Assembly (NCBI GenBank): GCA_036507795.1
Contig: DATCIL010000029.1
Coordinates: forward strand, 1 to 61,471
Length of the DNA: 61,471 nt
Direction of reading: 5' to 3'
Source: Anaerolineales bacterium
Lineage (GTDB): Bacteria; Chloroflexota; Anaerolineae; Anaerolineales; UBA4823
A program made the position numbers and the translations under genes. The notes beneath the pieces were generated by a model that saw nothing but the letters and a program-made list of their open reading frames with translations, made no database searches and was not told the DNA's origin. Below are positions 28,391 to 37,432 of this stretch, piece after piece. Each line of letters starts with the position of its first letter. Positions within the stretch are counted from its first letter, which is position 1.

Positions 28391-30013
28391 TTACTTTTGA
28401 GTATTCAACCTTGGGCTTGGGAATGAATCCAGGTCTTCCAGGGAAATTAGACCGGTCATATTGCCTGTCGATCGCCGGTCGGTCCGAACCATTCCTTCGG
28501 TGGGGATAAAACCAGCGGTGTGAAGCGGGTTGAGGTGATGATTGGTCCCGCACGCTCCACTGCATCCTGAGCATCCGCCGCCCGCACCTTCTGCAATACG
28601 ATTTCCTTCCCGGGCTTCCCGCTCGATACGACATCCACCCCCGCACAGGGGCAGGTCGGGGCAATCCCAACACTTCTCAGGGAGCCCGGCCCATTGCGGA
28701 TCCAGCTCACGATCGCGGAAGCTGCGGAAAAGCTCTCCGTTCCAAATCTGGTCCCAGGGATCCCGCAAAAGGTTCCCGGCCGACACATAGTAGGATTGGC
28801 ACGGCAGCACATCGCCATTTGGCTCGATACATAACGAATATTCGCCAGCGTTGCAGCGCTTGGCACCGATTTCTAACTCAACGGGGTTCATGCGGCAGTA
28901 TTCGGTAGGCGTGTACCACAGAAAACGCATGCCGAGTTCGGCAGCTCGATCCCTGACGCGAACCAGCAGTGGAGGCATATCTTCCTCTGGGATAGCGTTG
29001 GGATGAGCAAAACCGCCGCCAGAGTAGATCATCCCATTCATGGCAAAAGTGCGCACACCCAGTTCGTGCAGGAATTCCACGATCGCCTCAGCATGGTTCA
29101 TGTTGGTACGCATCAACGTGGTGTTGGTGATGGTGTAGACTCCGCTCTCTAAGGCATTCAGAATGCCTCGCACGGTCTGGTGGAAAGAGGCTGCGCCCAT
29201 CATGGCATCATGAACGGTAGGTATGTGGGAGCCAAGGGTAACCTGCACGTGGTTGAGTCCAGCTTCAGCCAGGGTTTGCATATAGGGTTTGTGTTGGATG
29301 CGGCGCCCGTTCGTATTCAGTCCCACAATCGGACCGAGGCGGTCTGCGTAGGCGATTATCTCAGGAAGGTCGGGATGGAGCGTGGCCTCCCCACCGGTAA
29401 GGATGATATGCGGAACGCCTACCTCAACAAGTTTATCAATGACCTGCTTCCATCCTTCCAGGGGCAAGGAGGGCATCTCCAAACGATCCGGCTCGTTGTA
29501 GCAATGCGGGCATTCATTATTGCAACCATATGTCAGGGCGATATCGACCTTATAGGGCGCATGGATTCGGGTGCTGAACATCGGCGCCTGGCCCAAGCTT
29601 TCTATTTCGCAGGTTGGGCAGCTCTCGCCGGGTGAAGAGAATCGCTCCACCATCGTGTAGATTTGGTCGATCTCCCGATCTAAATGGTCAGGTTCGGCGA
29701 TCTCGTAGTGCGCCAGCAGGCGTACTCGAGCTTGAGAACGAGGCACGCCATCCAAGGCTAACTTGGCCATCCAGGCCGCGGTGGGATTAAGGTGAATCAC
29801 ATCGGTGACATCCACGAACAGGACGCCGGCCCCATTTCGCTCTATCCGTAGATGGTTTCGAAATTTAATATCAAGGGAAGAAAAGCGGTAAGTGTAGAGG
29901 CCCGGCGCGGGAGGAGCTTGTTCAGGAAAGGCAGAAAATAGATTGCGGGAATCCTGCCATAAGCCATTCCATACCCGGCGAGCGAGGGCGGGCGAGTGTA
30001 ATATATCGGTCAT
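28391..30013 (-). CDS. Radical SAM/SPASM enzyme with N-terminal PqqD-like (RRE) domain and Cys/Gly-rich C-terminal tail
   Basis: CNNECPHC (nt 29501-29524), ILTGGEATLHPDL, and SPASM cysteines PCQSY...CWDCPDLPLCGGGCRIE. N-terminal HLRIERNGAGVLFVDVTDVIHLNPTAAWMAKLALDG. The tail contains GGGCSGCSGACG. Confidence 0.85.
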   Translation of the reverse strand: MTDILHSPALARRVWNGLWQDSRNLFSAFPEQAPPAPGLYTYRFSSLDIKFRNHLRIERNGAGVLFVDVTDVIHLNPTAAWMAKLALDGVPRSQARVRLLAHYEIAEPDHLDREIDQIYTMVERFSSPGESCPTCEIESLGQAPMFSTRIHAPYKVDIALTYGCNNECPHCYNEPDRLEMPSLPLEGWKQVIDKLVEVGVPHIILTGGEATLHPDLPEIIAYADRLGPIVGLNTNGRRIQHKPYMQTLAEAGLNHVQVTLGSHIPTVHDAMMGAASFHQTVRGILNALESGVYTITNTTLMRTNMNHAEAIVEFLHELGVRTFAMNGMIYSGGGFAHPNAIPEEDMPPLLVRVRDRAAELGMRFLWYTPTEYCRMNPVELEIGAKRCNAGEYSLCIEPNGDVLPCQSYYVSAGNLLRDPWDQIWNGELFRSFRDRELDPQWAGLPEKCWDCPDLPLCGGGCRIEREAREGNRIAEGAGGGCSGCSGACGTNHHLNPLHTAGFIPTEGMVRTDRRSTGNMTGLISLEDLDSFPSPRLNTQK

Positions 30014-30110
30014 CGAGTCACCTATAAGAGAATACGGTCCGCTTGGTAAAAAGTTGGTTAAGTATATCTAGATCCTGAAAGATATGCAAGCAAGAGCAAT
30101 CCGAAACCAC

Positions 30111-30347
30111 TTAAAGGGCCCAGGCCAACATCAAGCCGAATATTGCCAGAACGACTCCAAGATGTAAAAAAAGGTGGCTATTGCCCACCCAACCAGCCCC
30201 CGGGAAAAATTGCAGCACGCCATTGATAACCACAAACAGAATGCCGATCAAGGGCAAAAGACCTTTGCGGTGGGCGAAGAAATCTGAGAGCTTGTCCAGG
30301 ATTTTATTGATGCTTGGCTGCATGCGGACCCCAGCGATCAGGATCAT
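30111..30347 (-). CDS. Small two-TM membrane protein, no family recognised
   Basis: 70-78 aa (alternative start MQPSINK at 30323). Amphipathic N-terminus followed by LLPLIGILFVVINGVLQFF and LHLGVVLAIFGLMLAWAL. Sits between hflX and the radical SAM gene. Confidence 0.5.
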   Translation of the reverse strand: MILIAGVRMQPSINKILDKLSDFFAHRKGLLPLIGILFVVINGVLQFFPGAGWVGNSHLFLHLGVVLAIFGLMLAWAL

Positions 30348-30376
30348 TAATCCGACTGTTATTCACGTCTTACGCA

Positions 30377-31702
30377 TCATGTTTCACGGTTCAGATACGG
30401 CTTAAAACGTCCCAGTAACCGGCCAGGAATTCGACCTTGTATCTTTACTCCGCCGTTGCCGTGCTCAATTTTATCAACTTGACCCTGTTCATGAAAAAGG
30501 GCAATCAAACCGCCTTCGTCATAGGGTAAACGAACTGCGATAGAAGCGAAGTTCTCATACAAGTTTTCGCTCACAAGGTCCAGTAGGTCTGAGACACCCT
30601 CACCGGTGAGCGCGGAGATAGCCACGGCATTTGGGAAATTGGCGAGCACCTGGCGGGCGCGATCCGGATCACCTAATTTGTCAATCTTGTTTAGCGCGAC
30701 CAGAATCGGAACGTGATCGGCTTCAATTTCCACCAAGGTCTCGTGGACAGCCCGCGCCTGGGCGTGAGCGCTCGGATGGGTAATATCGACGACGTGCAGA
30801 AGCAGATCGGCCTCAGCAATCTCCTCTAATGTGGCGCGAAATGCTGCAATCAGGGTAGTGGGAAGCTTCTGGATAAAACCGACCGTGTCCGTGAAAAGCG
30901 CCAGATCGGCGTCTGGCAGTTCCACCCGGCGTGTCGTGGGATCCAGGGTTGCGAATAACTGGTCGGCAACATAAACATCGGCGTCTGCGAGGCGGTTCAA
31001 CAGGGTTGATTTCCCCGCATTGGTATATCCAACGAGGGCGACAACTGGGATGCGAGAGCGCTTACGGCGCGCACGATATTGCTTGCGATGGGTGCGCACT
31101 CTCTCAAGTTGATCTTTCAAATTGCTAATGCGCCGGCGAATGTCGCGGCGGTCGACCTCCAATTGGGTCTCACCGGGGCCACGCAAGCCGACCCCGCCAA
31201 CGCTGCCTGCCCGGCCGCCACCACCCCCTGCCTGCCGGGCAAGGTGGGTCCAGGCCCGCGTCAGTCGGGGCAAACGATATTCGTATTGCGCCAGTTCAAC
31301 CTGCAAAGCCCCCTCGCTGGTATTGGCGTGCTGGGCAAAAATATCAAGGATCAGCGCCGTCCGGTCAAGTATGCGAACGTTATCGCCAAAAGAACGCTCC
31401 AATTCACGCAGATGGCGTGGGGAGAGCTCCTCATCAAAAAGAACAACATCCGCCTGGGTCTCTTCGACCAGCGCTTTTACCTCATCCACTTTGCCAGGTC
31501 CAATAAACGTCTTTGGATTAGGGCTGTCGAATCTTTGGGTAGCCTCGCCAACCACGTCCAGGCCAGCGGTTTCTGAAAGAAGGGTCAATTCTGTTAGAGA
31601 ATCTTCTAAAGAAAGCAAATCGTCCTCTCTGCGCCATTCAACGCCAACCAAAAACGCGCGCTCGCGAGGACGAACGGTAGGTTCCGGGGTTTTAGGTGAC
31701 AT
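30377..31702 (-). CDS. hflX: GTPase HflX
   Basis: HflX N-domain followed by a G domain with G1 GYTNAGKSTLLN and G3 DTVGF. Confidence 0.9.
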   Translation of the reverse strand: MSPKTPEPTVRPRERAFLVGVEWRREDDLLSLEDSLTELTLLSETAGLDVVGEATQRFDSPNPKTFIGPGKVDEVKALVEETQADVVLFDEELSPRHLRELERSFGDNVRILDRTALILDIFAQHANTSEGALQVELAQYEYRLPRLTRAWTHLARQAGGGGGRAGSVGGVGLRGPGETQLEVDRRDIRRRISNLKDQLERVRTHRKQYRARRKRSRIPVVALVGYTNAGKSTLLNRLADADVYVADQLFATLDPTTRRVELPDADLALFTDTVGFIQKLPTTLIAAFRATLEEIAEADLLLHVVDITHPSAHAQARAVHETLVEIEADHVPILVALNKIDKLGDPDRARQVLANFPNAVAISALTGEGVSDLLDLVSENLYENFASIAVRLPYDEGGLIALFHEQGQVDKIEHGNGGVKIQGRIPGRLLGRFKPYLNRET

Positions 31703-31708
31703 ATATTC

Positions 31709-32977
31709 CTATGCAGATTTCTCCATTGATCGCGAGTACGATTCTCCTCTAATCTGATTTAACTGGATTAAAGGTTCGTATAATTTTGCGAATTTTTCGC
31801 CAGGTGGCTGCTTCCGGATCGGCAACAAGATGTGAAACTCCGAACCGGGACAGCTCACTTCATCACATCCGGGTGAATTTACCCAAATTGTACCACCATG
31901 CGCTTCAATAATTCCCTTTGTGATGGGAAGCCCTAATCCAGGGCCGCCACCTTTAAACTTTATTTTACCACTAGAGTGCAGGGAAACGTTTGCTGAACGG
32001 GAAAATTTTTCAAAAATCCTTTCATGATCTTCTGGTGCAATACCGATACCGGTATCGGCGACAATGATCTCAAAAAATCCAGGCAGCTGGCGCCCCGCCA
32101 CCGAGATCATGCCACCATCCGGCGTGTATTTGATGGCATTGGAAATCAGATTTCTAAAAGCCTGGTAAAGGCGTTCAGGGTCGACAAAGCTCATCTCGTC
32201 CCCGCCATCGATTGATGCAATTTTCAATGTCTGTTGGCGTAGTTCAGCCGATGAGCTGATATCGGCCTCAACGATCCTCAGTAAGCGATTCATCCATACC
32301 GGCTGATAATTCAGGAAAAGCATATTGTTGTCAATCAGAGACACATCGATCATATCCTTGACGATTTCTCGCAGGCGATGAGTTCCCTGCCCAATCCCAT
32401 CCAAATATTGGCTAAAGTGCCCGTCTCCATTAACCTTTTGAAGAACTTCACGGAGCATTGAGGCATAACCTTCAATTAAAGTTAATGGTGTTTTGAGCTC
32501 ATGAGCTGCCACCGCAATAAAATCTGATTTGCTCTTATCCAATTTTTCCAGAGAAAGTCGGGCATTTTCTGATTCCTTGGAATATTGGGCAATGAAAAGA
32601 TCCGCCTCACAATCAGCAACAAATTGGAAAACAGAAACAAATACAGGTAATAGGTAATCTATCAAATCAAGAGCCTGTTCAGGGTTCAGCTCTTCCCGAG
32701 TTACCTGGTGGGTAATCGATTGGATTTTGCTAAGAAGCGGGAAAAGGCTGGTATCCTTCTGGCGTATGTCGGATTCTGGCCGTGCATTCACCCACTCAGT
32801 TAAAAGTGGAGCCAGTGCCAGCGGATTATCGGAATCTAACGCCTCGAGCAGAAGATCATAGAATCTATCGAGCTCAAATGAAAAACTCTGGCGCACTCCC
32901 TCTGCTTGCGCCAGTTCCTGGGAAGCCCGAGCTAACCACTTCGATTTAATCTTCCCCAACAGCTCGACAGCAATCAT
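31709..32977 (-). CDS. Cytoplasmic sensor histidine kinase (HisKA + HATPase_c), no adjacent response regulator
   Basis: H-box FIAVAAHELKTPLT, N box FRNLISNAIKYT, G boxes ADTGIGI and GGPGLGLPITKG. I chose MIAVELL (32977) because the longer track ORF reads through a 17-bp palindrome. Confidence 0.8.
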   Translation of the reverse strand: MIAVELLGKIKSKWLARASQELAQAEGVRQSFSFELDRFYDLLLEALDSDNPLALAPLLTEWVNARPESDIRQKDTSLFPLLSKIQSITHQVTREELNPEQALDLIDYLLPVFVSVFQFVADCEADLFIAQYSKESENARLSLEKLDKSKSDFIAVAAHELKTPLTLIEGYASMLREVLQKVNGDGHFSQYLDGIGQGTHRLREIVKDMIDVSLIDNNMLFLNYQPVWMNRLLRIVEADISSSAELRQQTLKIASIDGGDEMSFVDPERLYQAFRNLISNAIKYTPDGGMISVAGRQLPGFFEIIVADTGIGIAPEDHERIFEKFSRSANVSLHSSGKIKFKGGGPGLGLPITKGIIEAHGGTIWVNSPGCDEVSCPGSEFHILLPIRKQPPGEKFAKLYEPLIQLNQIRGESYSRSMEKSA

Positions 32978-32993
32978 GTCAATAATTGGGCGA

Positions 32994-33038
32994 GGTGAGG
33001 GCTTGCAGGCGTGCATCGCAGGCCTGCAAGCCCTCACC
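32994..33038. repeat. Perfect 17-bp inverted repeat (GC-rich hairpin) between the M28 peptidase and kinase genes
   Basis: GGTGAGGGCTTGCAGGC (32994-33010), 11-nt loop, GCCTGCAAGCCCTCACC (33022-33038). No flanking T-run on either strand. Confidence 0.6.
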
Positions 33039-33106
33039 CTCCCACTTTCTGTAGAAGTTACATTCTTACCGTATACATAGATTAGAACGAAATAAGCCGG
33101 GTTTTG

Positions 33107-34060
33107 TTACCAGTTTTGGGTTAACCAAGCTGTAAGCACTTCCCCCACAATTTGCAGGCTCTGGTCAGAAACCTTGTCTACAGTATCTTCGGAAGTGTGC
33201 CAATAAGGATAGTCGAAATCGATAATATCAACTGCGGGAATTCCAGCATTTAGGAAGGGGGTGTGATCATCCAGAATCGAATACTTAGGTAGCGGAATGA
33301 AAGCTTCTGAATAACCCAGTTTGGCGGCCGTAGCCCAGATTTGAGCGGTCAATTCTGCATTGGAATTTCTCTCAATGTGGATGTTAAGATTTGCATCCCC
33401 AATCATATCAACAATAACCACCGCATCAGGCTGGCTCTCCAAATTATCAACAAAGGCGCGCGAGCCCAAGATCCAATCCCAACCCGGGATATTGCCATTA
33501 TCTTCTGCATCGAAGAAAACGAGCCAGATTTCTTTTTGAAGATCAGGCGATAACGTCCGAGCCAGTTCCATTAACACGGCCACGCCCGAAGCGCCATCGT
33601 TAGCGCCAGGCACTGGCTGGGAACGTTTTTGCGGATCCGGATCCTTATCTGCGATAAGGCGGGAGTCAAAGTGTGCGCCGATGATAATCCAGGGAGTGTC
33701 TGCATCCTGGTCTGGCAATCGCTTTGCGACAACATTTACGATGGGATGCCCCAGCATGACCGCATCCTGAACCTGGGTTTGCCAGCCGTGTTTTTCAGTC
33801 TCGGTTTGTATCCAATCGACCACGCGGCGGTGCGCTTCACTCCCAGGAACACGTGGGCCCAGCTCCGTCTGAAAGGCCACGTCTTGTAAAGCCCGTTGGC
33901 CATCGAAACTTTCAACGGTCCCGCCTCCGTCAAAAAAATAGAAAAAACCGATGCCCCCAATCGCTGCAATAAGGGCGATTAAGAACAAAACAATGAATAT
34001 TTTATTCCTGGTAGCACCAATCATGGCTTCGGCCGGTTCCTCCGCGGCTGGAGTATTCAT
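33107..34060 (-). CDS. M28-family metallopeptidase (aminopeptidase / glutaminyl-cyclase-like), membrane anchored
   Basis: N-terminal TM segment, metal-ligand blocks IIGAHFDS, GANDGASGVAVLMELAR and FFDAEDNG. Confidence 0.8.
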   Translation of the reverse strand: MNTPAAEEPAEAMIGATRNKIFIVLFLIALIAAIGGIGFFYFFDGGGTVESFDGQRALQDVAFQTELGPRVPGSEAHRRVVDWIQTETEKHGWQTQVQDAVMLGHPIVNVVAKRLPDQDADTPWIIIGAHFDSRLIADKDPDPQKRSQPVPGANDGASGVAVLMELARTLSPDLQKEIWLVFFDAEDNGNIPGWDWILGSRAFVDNLESQPDAVVIVDMIGDANLNIHIERNSNAELTAQIWATAAKLGYSEAFIPLPKYSILDDHTPFLNAGIPAVDIIDFDYPYWHTSEDTVDKVSDQSLQIVGEVLTAWLTQNW

Positions 34061-34066
34061 GAAAAC

Positions 34067-35428
34067 CTAAATAAACTGCAGTTCCCCCAATTTTAGCAGA
34101 TACTGATCCAATTCTTCAATGGCCCGTTCAGCATACGCGGCAGCTCGCTCGCGCTTGTTTCTGCGAGGTTTATCTTCAAGCGGAGGCAGGATTCCGAAGT
34201 TCGCCTTCATCGGTTGGAAATCGGCAGGGCTGGCGTGGGTCACATAATGACAGAGTGCGCCGAGCATGGTCGTTTTCGGCAACTCCACAGGTTTCGCACC
34301 GTGTACCCAGCGCGCCGCGTTCCATCCAGCAAGTAAACCCGTCGCAAAATTGCCAACGTACCCTTCTACGCCCGTGATCTGGCCTGCAAAGAACAGATCT
34401 TCCCTTTCTTTGAATTGGAGCGTAGGCATGAGCAACTCCGGAGAGTAGATAAACGTATTGCGATGCATCTGTCCGTACCGGACGAACTCAGCGTTTTCGA
34501 GGCCGGGGATCATGCGAAATACGCGGCGCTGCCCTGAAAACCTCAGATTGGTTTGAAAGCCAACGATATTGTAGAGAGTGCCGGCCAGATTGTCCTGGCG
34601 GAGTTGGACGACCGCATGAGGCCGCTTGCCGGTCCTGGGATCCGTCAGACCAACCGGCCGCAAGGGTCCGTATGCCAGGGACTTGTGACCGCGGCGTGCC
34701 AGGATCTCAACAGGTAAGCATCCTTCAAAGAATTGGTGAGCGCCGGCGCGAACGCCGGATTCCATATCCCTTTCGAATTCCTTCAATTCAATGCGATCGG
34801 CACTGGCAAGCGCATGCACAAAGGCGTCATACTCCGGTTCGGTCATAGGGCAATTAATGTAATCTCCTTCCGCTCGTTCATTGCGATCATAACGAGAAGC
34901 GCGGAATGCAACGCTCATATTGATCGATTCCGCGGTGACGATTGGCGCAATGGCGTCGTAGAAATACAACTGTCCTTGCCCGCTCAATCTCAGAATATCC
35001 TCGGAAAGCCGGGCTGAGGTGAGGGGACCAGAAGCGACGATTACTGGGCCGGATGGAATTTCGGTAGCCTCCCGACGAATCACCCGGATGTCTGGGTGCC
35101 CTTCAATTTTTTCTGTTAACCTCTGGGCAAAAAGTTGGCGATCAACCGCTAATGCGCTGCCGGCAGGAACGGCGGTTTCTTCTGCCACCCGGACAAGCAG
35201 AGAAGACAGGCGCCGTAACTCTTCTTTCAGTAACCCGGCGGCGCGATCAGGCAGGTTAGAACCGAGCGAATTAGAACAAACCAATTCGCCGAGGTAAGCC
35301 GTAGTATGCGCGCCCGTTTCAACTTGCGGGCGCATCTCATACAGGTCAACTTCTAGGCCTCGCTCAGCCGCCTGCCAGGCCGCTTCACAACCAGCCAATC
35401 CGCCGCCGATTACAATCAGATCAGTCAT
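34067..35428 (-). CDS. trmFO: Methylenetetrahydrofolate--tRNA-(uracil-5-)-methyltransferase
   Basis: FAD motif [13 protein letters not shown], short GidA-related form (453 aa), [11 protein letters not shown] block. Confidence 0.9.
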   Translation of the reverse strand: MTDLIVIGGGLAGCEAAWQAAERGLEVDLYEMRPQVETGAHTTAYLGELVCSNSLGSNLPDRAAGLLKEELRRLSSLLVRVAEETAVPAGSALAVDRQLFAQRLTEKIEGHPDIRVIRREATEIPSGPVIVASGPLTSARLSEDILRLSGQGQLYFYDAIAPIVTAESINMSVAFRASRYDRNERAEGDYINCPMTEPEYDAFVHALASADRIELKEFERDMESGVRAGAHQFFEGCLPVEILARRGHKSLAYGPLRPVGLTDPRTGKRPHAVVQLRQDNLAGTLYNIVGFQTNLRFSGQRRVFRMIPGLENAEFVRYGQMHRNTFIYSPELLMPTLQFKEREDLFFAGQITGVEGYVGNFATGLLAGWNAARWVHGAKPVELPKTTMLGALCHYVTHASPADFQPMKANFGILPPLEDKPRRNKRERAAAYAERAIEELDQYLLKLGELQFI

Positions 35429-35702
35429 GGGTGTATTTTACCAAAACTATCCATCACAGAATGAATTATAATATCTACACGCAACGCACTCTCCTGTTAG
35501 GTTACAAATGTCACCCGCAATTAATTCAAAATAGGGTGGTAAATTTTCTTATTTGGTGCTATAAGTATATAGGAACGTATCATCTCAATAAATAAGAGGA
35601 ATGTTGGACTTTCCCGGCGGGCTTCGCCCGCACCGAAAGCCTGGTACCTCCCTTTTCTTGAGAAGATATAGAGGAACTTCACTTTGAAGAGGAGCAAAGA
35701 CT

Positions 35703-35894
35703 ATGTTTCATGGTTTCGGTGCACCCGAACTGATTATCATCCTGGTGATTGTCCTGGTTCTGTTCGGCGTTGGTCGAATCGGTAAGATCGCCGGAGAAAT
35801 GGGAAGCGGTATTCGCGCATTTAAGGACGGCTTACAGGGCTCTGACGAGCAGGAAGAGGGACAAGCTGAAAAAGAGGAGACAAAAGGAGCTTAA
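35703..35894 (+). CDS. tatA: Twin-arginine translocase subunit TatA/E
   Basis: 63 aa. TM segment ELIIILVIVLVLFG followed by the amphipathic helix GKIAGEMGSGIRAFKDG. Confidence 0.85.
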   Translation: MFHGFGAPELIIILVIVLVLFGVGRIGKIAGEMGSGIRAFKDGLQGSDEQEEGQAEKEETKGA

Positions 35895-35951
35895 CCGGCG
35901 CGGTTACACCTCCATTTTTTTGCCGCAGGCGACAACCTCTTGTTCCTGCGG

Positions 35952-35987
35952 GCCGTTTCCTTTCCCTGGAGACGGCTTTTCTCTTTT
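35952..35987 (+). terminator. Probable intrinsic terminator after tatA
   Basis: GCCGTTTCC / GGAGACGGC stem with one G-U pair and a 7-nt loop, followed by TTTTCTCTTTT. Confidence 0.45.
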
Positions 35988-36007
35988 ATCTCCCTTGTTT
36001 GGGCATA

Positions 36008-36610
36008 ATGATCACGTTAGATAAATATCTGGAGGCCTCGGCGGCCCAACACAGTCACCTGTGCCCGCGCCAGGTGCTGGGGATCCGCGCAGCCTTGGTG
36101 GCAACTGACCTCTTGGAGCTGGATACGCCGTGCCCGGATAAGCGCTTGCTGGTGATCTCAGAGACGGATGGCTGCTTCACGGATGGGGTTCGCGTTGTAA
36201 CCGGCGTCAGCGTGGGTCACCGCACGCTAAGAATTGAGGATTACGGAAAAATCGCGGCCACGTTTATCGACGTCAAACAAGGGCGCGCCATACGCGTTGC
36301 TCCCAGAGCGGGCGTGCGCGAGCAGGCCCGGAATTACAGGCCGGAGGAAAAACGGCGCTATTTTTCCCAACTCCACGCCTACCAGATCATGCCGGCGGAG
36401 GCGCTTTTCAAAATCCAGGAAGTGCGCTTAACCACGCCGCTGAGGGCCATCATCAGCCGGGCGGGCGTACGCACCGAATGCGATCAATGTGGGGAGGAGA
36501 TCATCAACGAACGAGAAATTCGGCGGGATGGCCTTACCCTCTGCCATAGCTGCGCAGGCAAAGCATACTACGTTGCGATCAACGAGTTGAAACCCACGAA
36601 GCAAGATTGA
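36008..36610 (+). CDS. FmdE-family protein with C-terminal zinc ribbon
   Basis: HLCPRQVLGIR and ETDGCFTDG blocks typical of the FmdE domain. C-terminal CDQCGEEI...CHSC. ATG 36008 lies within the TTG-initiated track ORF. Confidence 0.7.
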   Translation: MITLDKYLEASAAQHSHLCPRQVLGIRAALVATDLLELDTPCPDKRLLVISETDGCFTDGVRVVTGVSVGHRTLRIEDYGKIAATFIDVKQGRAIRVAPRAGVREQARNYRPEEKRRYFSQLHAYQIMPAEALFKIQEVRLTTPLRAIISRAGVRTECDQCGEEIINEREIRRDGLTLCHSCAGKAYYVAINELKPTKQD

Positions 36611-36628
36611 CAACATAAATATAATAGT

Positions 36629-37432
36629 ATGCCTTTGCTCCGCATCGGACCCCAATTGAGGATTCACTATCTAGACCTAAACCCAGGGGCGGACAAAATT
36701 GCATTATTACTACACGGGTTAGGAGCCACGTGCCAGTCCTGGCGGCTGCAGTTTCCACCACTGCTGTCTTCAGGTTATCGCATCTTGGTTCCAGATGCTC
36801 GCGGTTTCGGAAAATCCTCGTTTCCCGGAGGAGGAACAAGCATCCAGGCGATGGCTGGAGACATTGCAGCGCTGCTGCAACAGGAAAAAGTCACTCGGGC
36901 AGACGTAATCGGCATATCGATGGGCGGCGCATTAGCACTTCAGCTGGCTCTCGATCATCCGCACCGGGTTGACAGGCTGGTGTTGGTAAACACCTTTGCC
37001 AGGCTCCGGCCCAAACGAGTGAGGGCGTGGGCGTATTTCGTTCTTCGTTTCTTCCTCATTCACACGACCGGGCTTCCATTCCAGGCTCGCCTGGTTGCCA
37101 GGCGCATTTTTCCCCATCCGCAACAAGCACACCTCCGTGCAGAATTGCTCGACGAGATTCTGCAGGCTGATCCGAATGGCTACCGGGCTACGATGCGCGC
37201 CCTGGCCCGATTTAACGTTAGCAGACACCTCAATGAGATCTGCGCACCTACATTGATTATCAGCGGAGAAGTGGATACTACCATTCCGTTAGAGGATCAG
37301 CGGAAATTAGCCTCAGGAATTTCCATCGTCGAACACGTGGTCATTCCAGGCGCGGGTCATGCCGTCACCGCTGAAAAACCGATGGAATTCAACCGTGCTC
37401 TGATGGATTACCTGGCCAGAACAGGCTCCTAA
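36629..37432 (+). CDS. Alpha/beta-fold hydrolase
   Basis: LLHGLGAT oxyanion region, nucleophile elbow GISMGGALA, late His in GAGHAV. Confidence 0.8.
   Translation: MPLLRIGPQLRIHYLDLNPGADKIALLLHGLGATCQSWRLQFPPLLSSGYRILVPDARGFGKSSFPGGGTSIQAMAGDIAALLQQEKVTRADVIGISMGGALALQLALDHPHRVDRLVLVNTFARLRPKRVRAWAYFVLRFFLIHTTGLPFQARLVARRIFPHPQQAHLRAELLDEILQADPNGYRATMRALARFNVSRHLNEICAPTLIISGEVDTTIPLEDQRKLASGISIVEHVVIPGAGHAVTAEKPMEFNRALMDYLARTGS

Noticed and set aside
35461-35595. 44-codon ATG ORF in the AT-rich trmFO-tatA divergent region, considered as a possible small protein or precursor.
   Set aside because: It has no Shine-Dalgarno sequence and an AT-biased composition that suggests no function, and it sits where promoters are expected.
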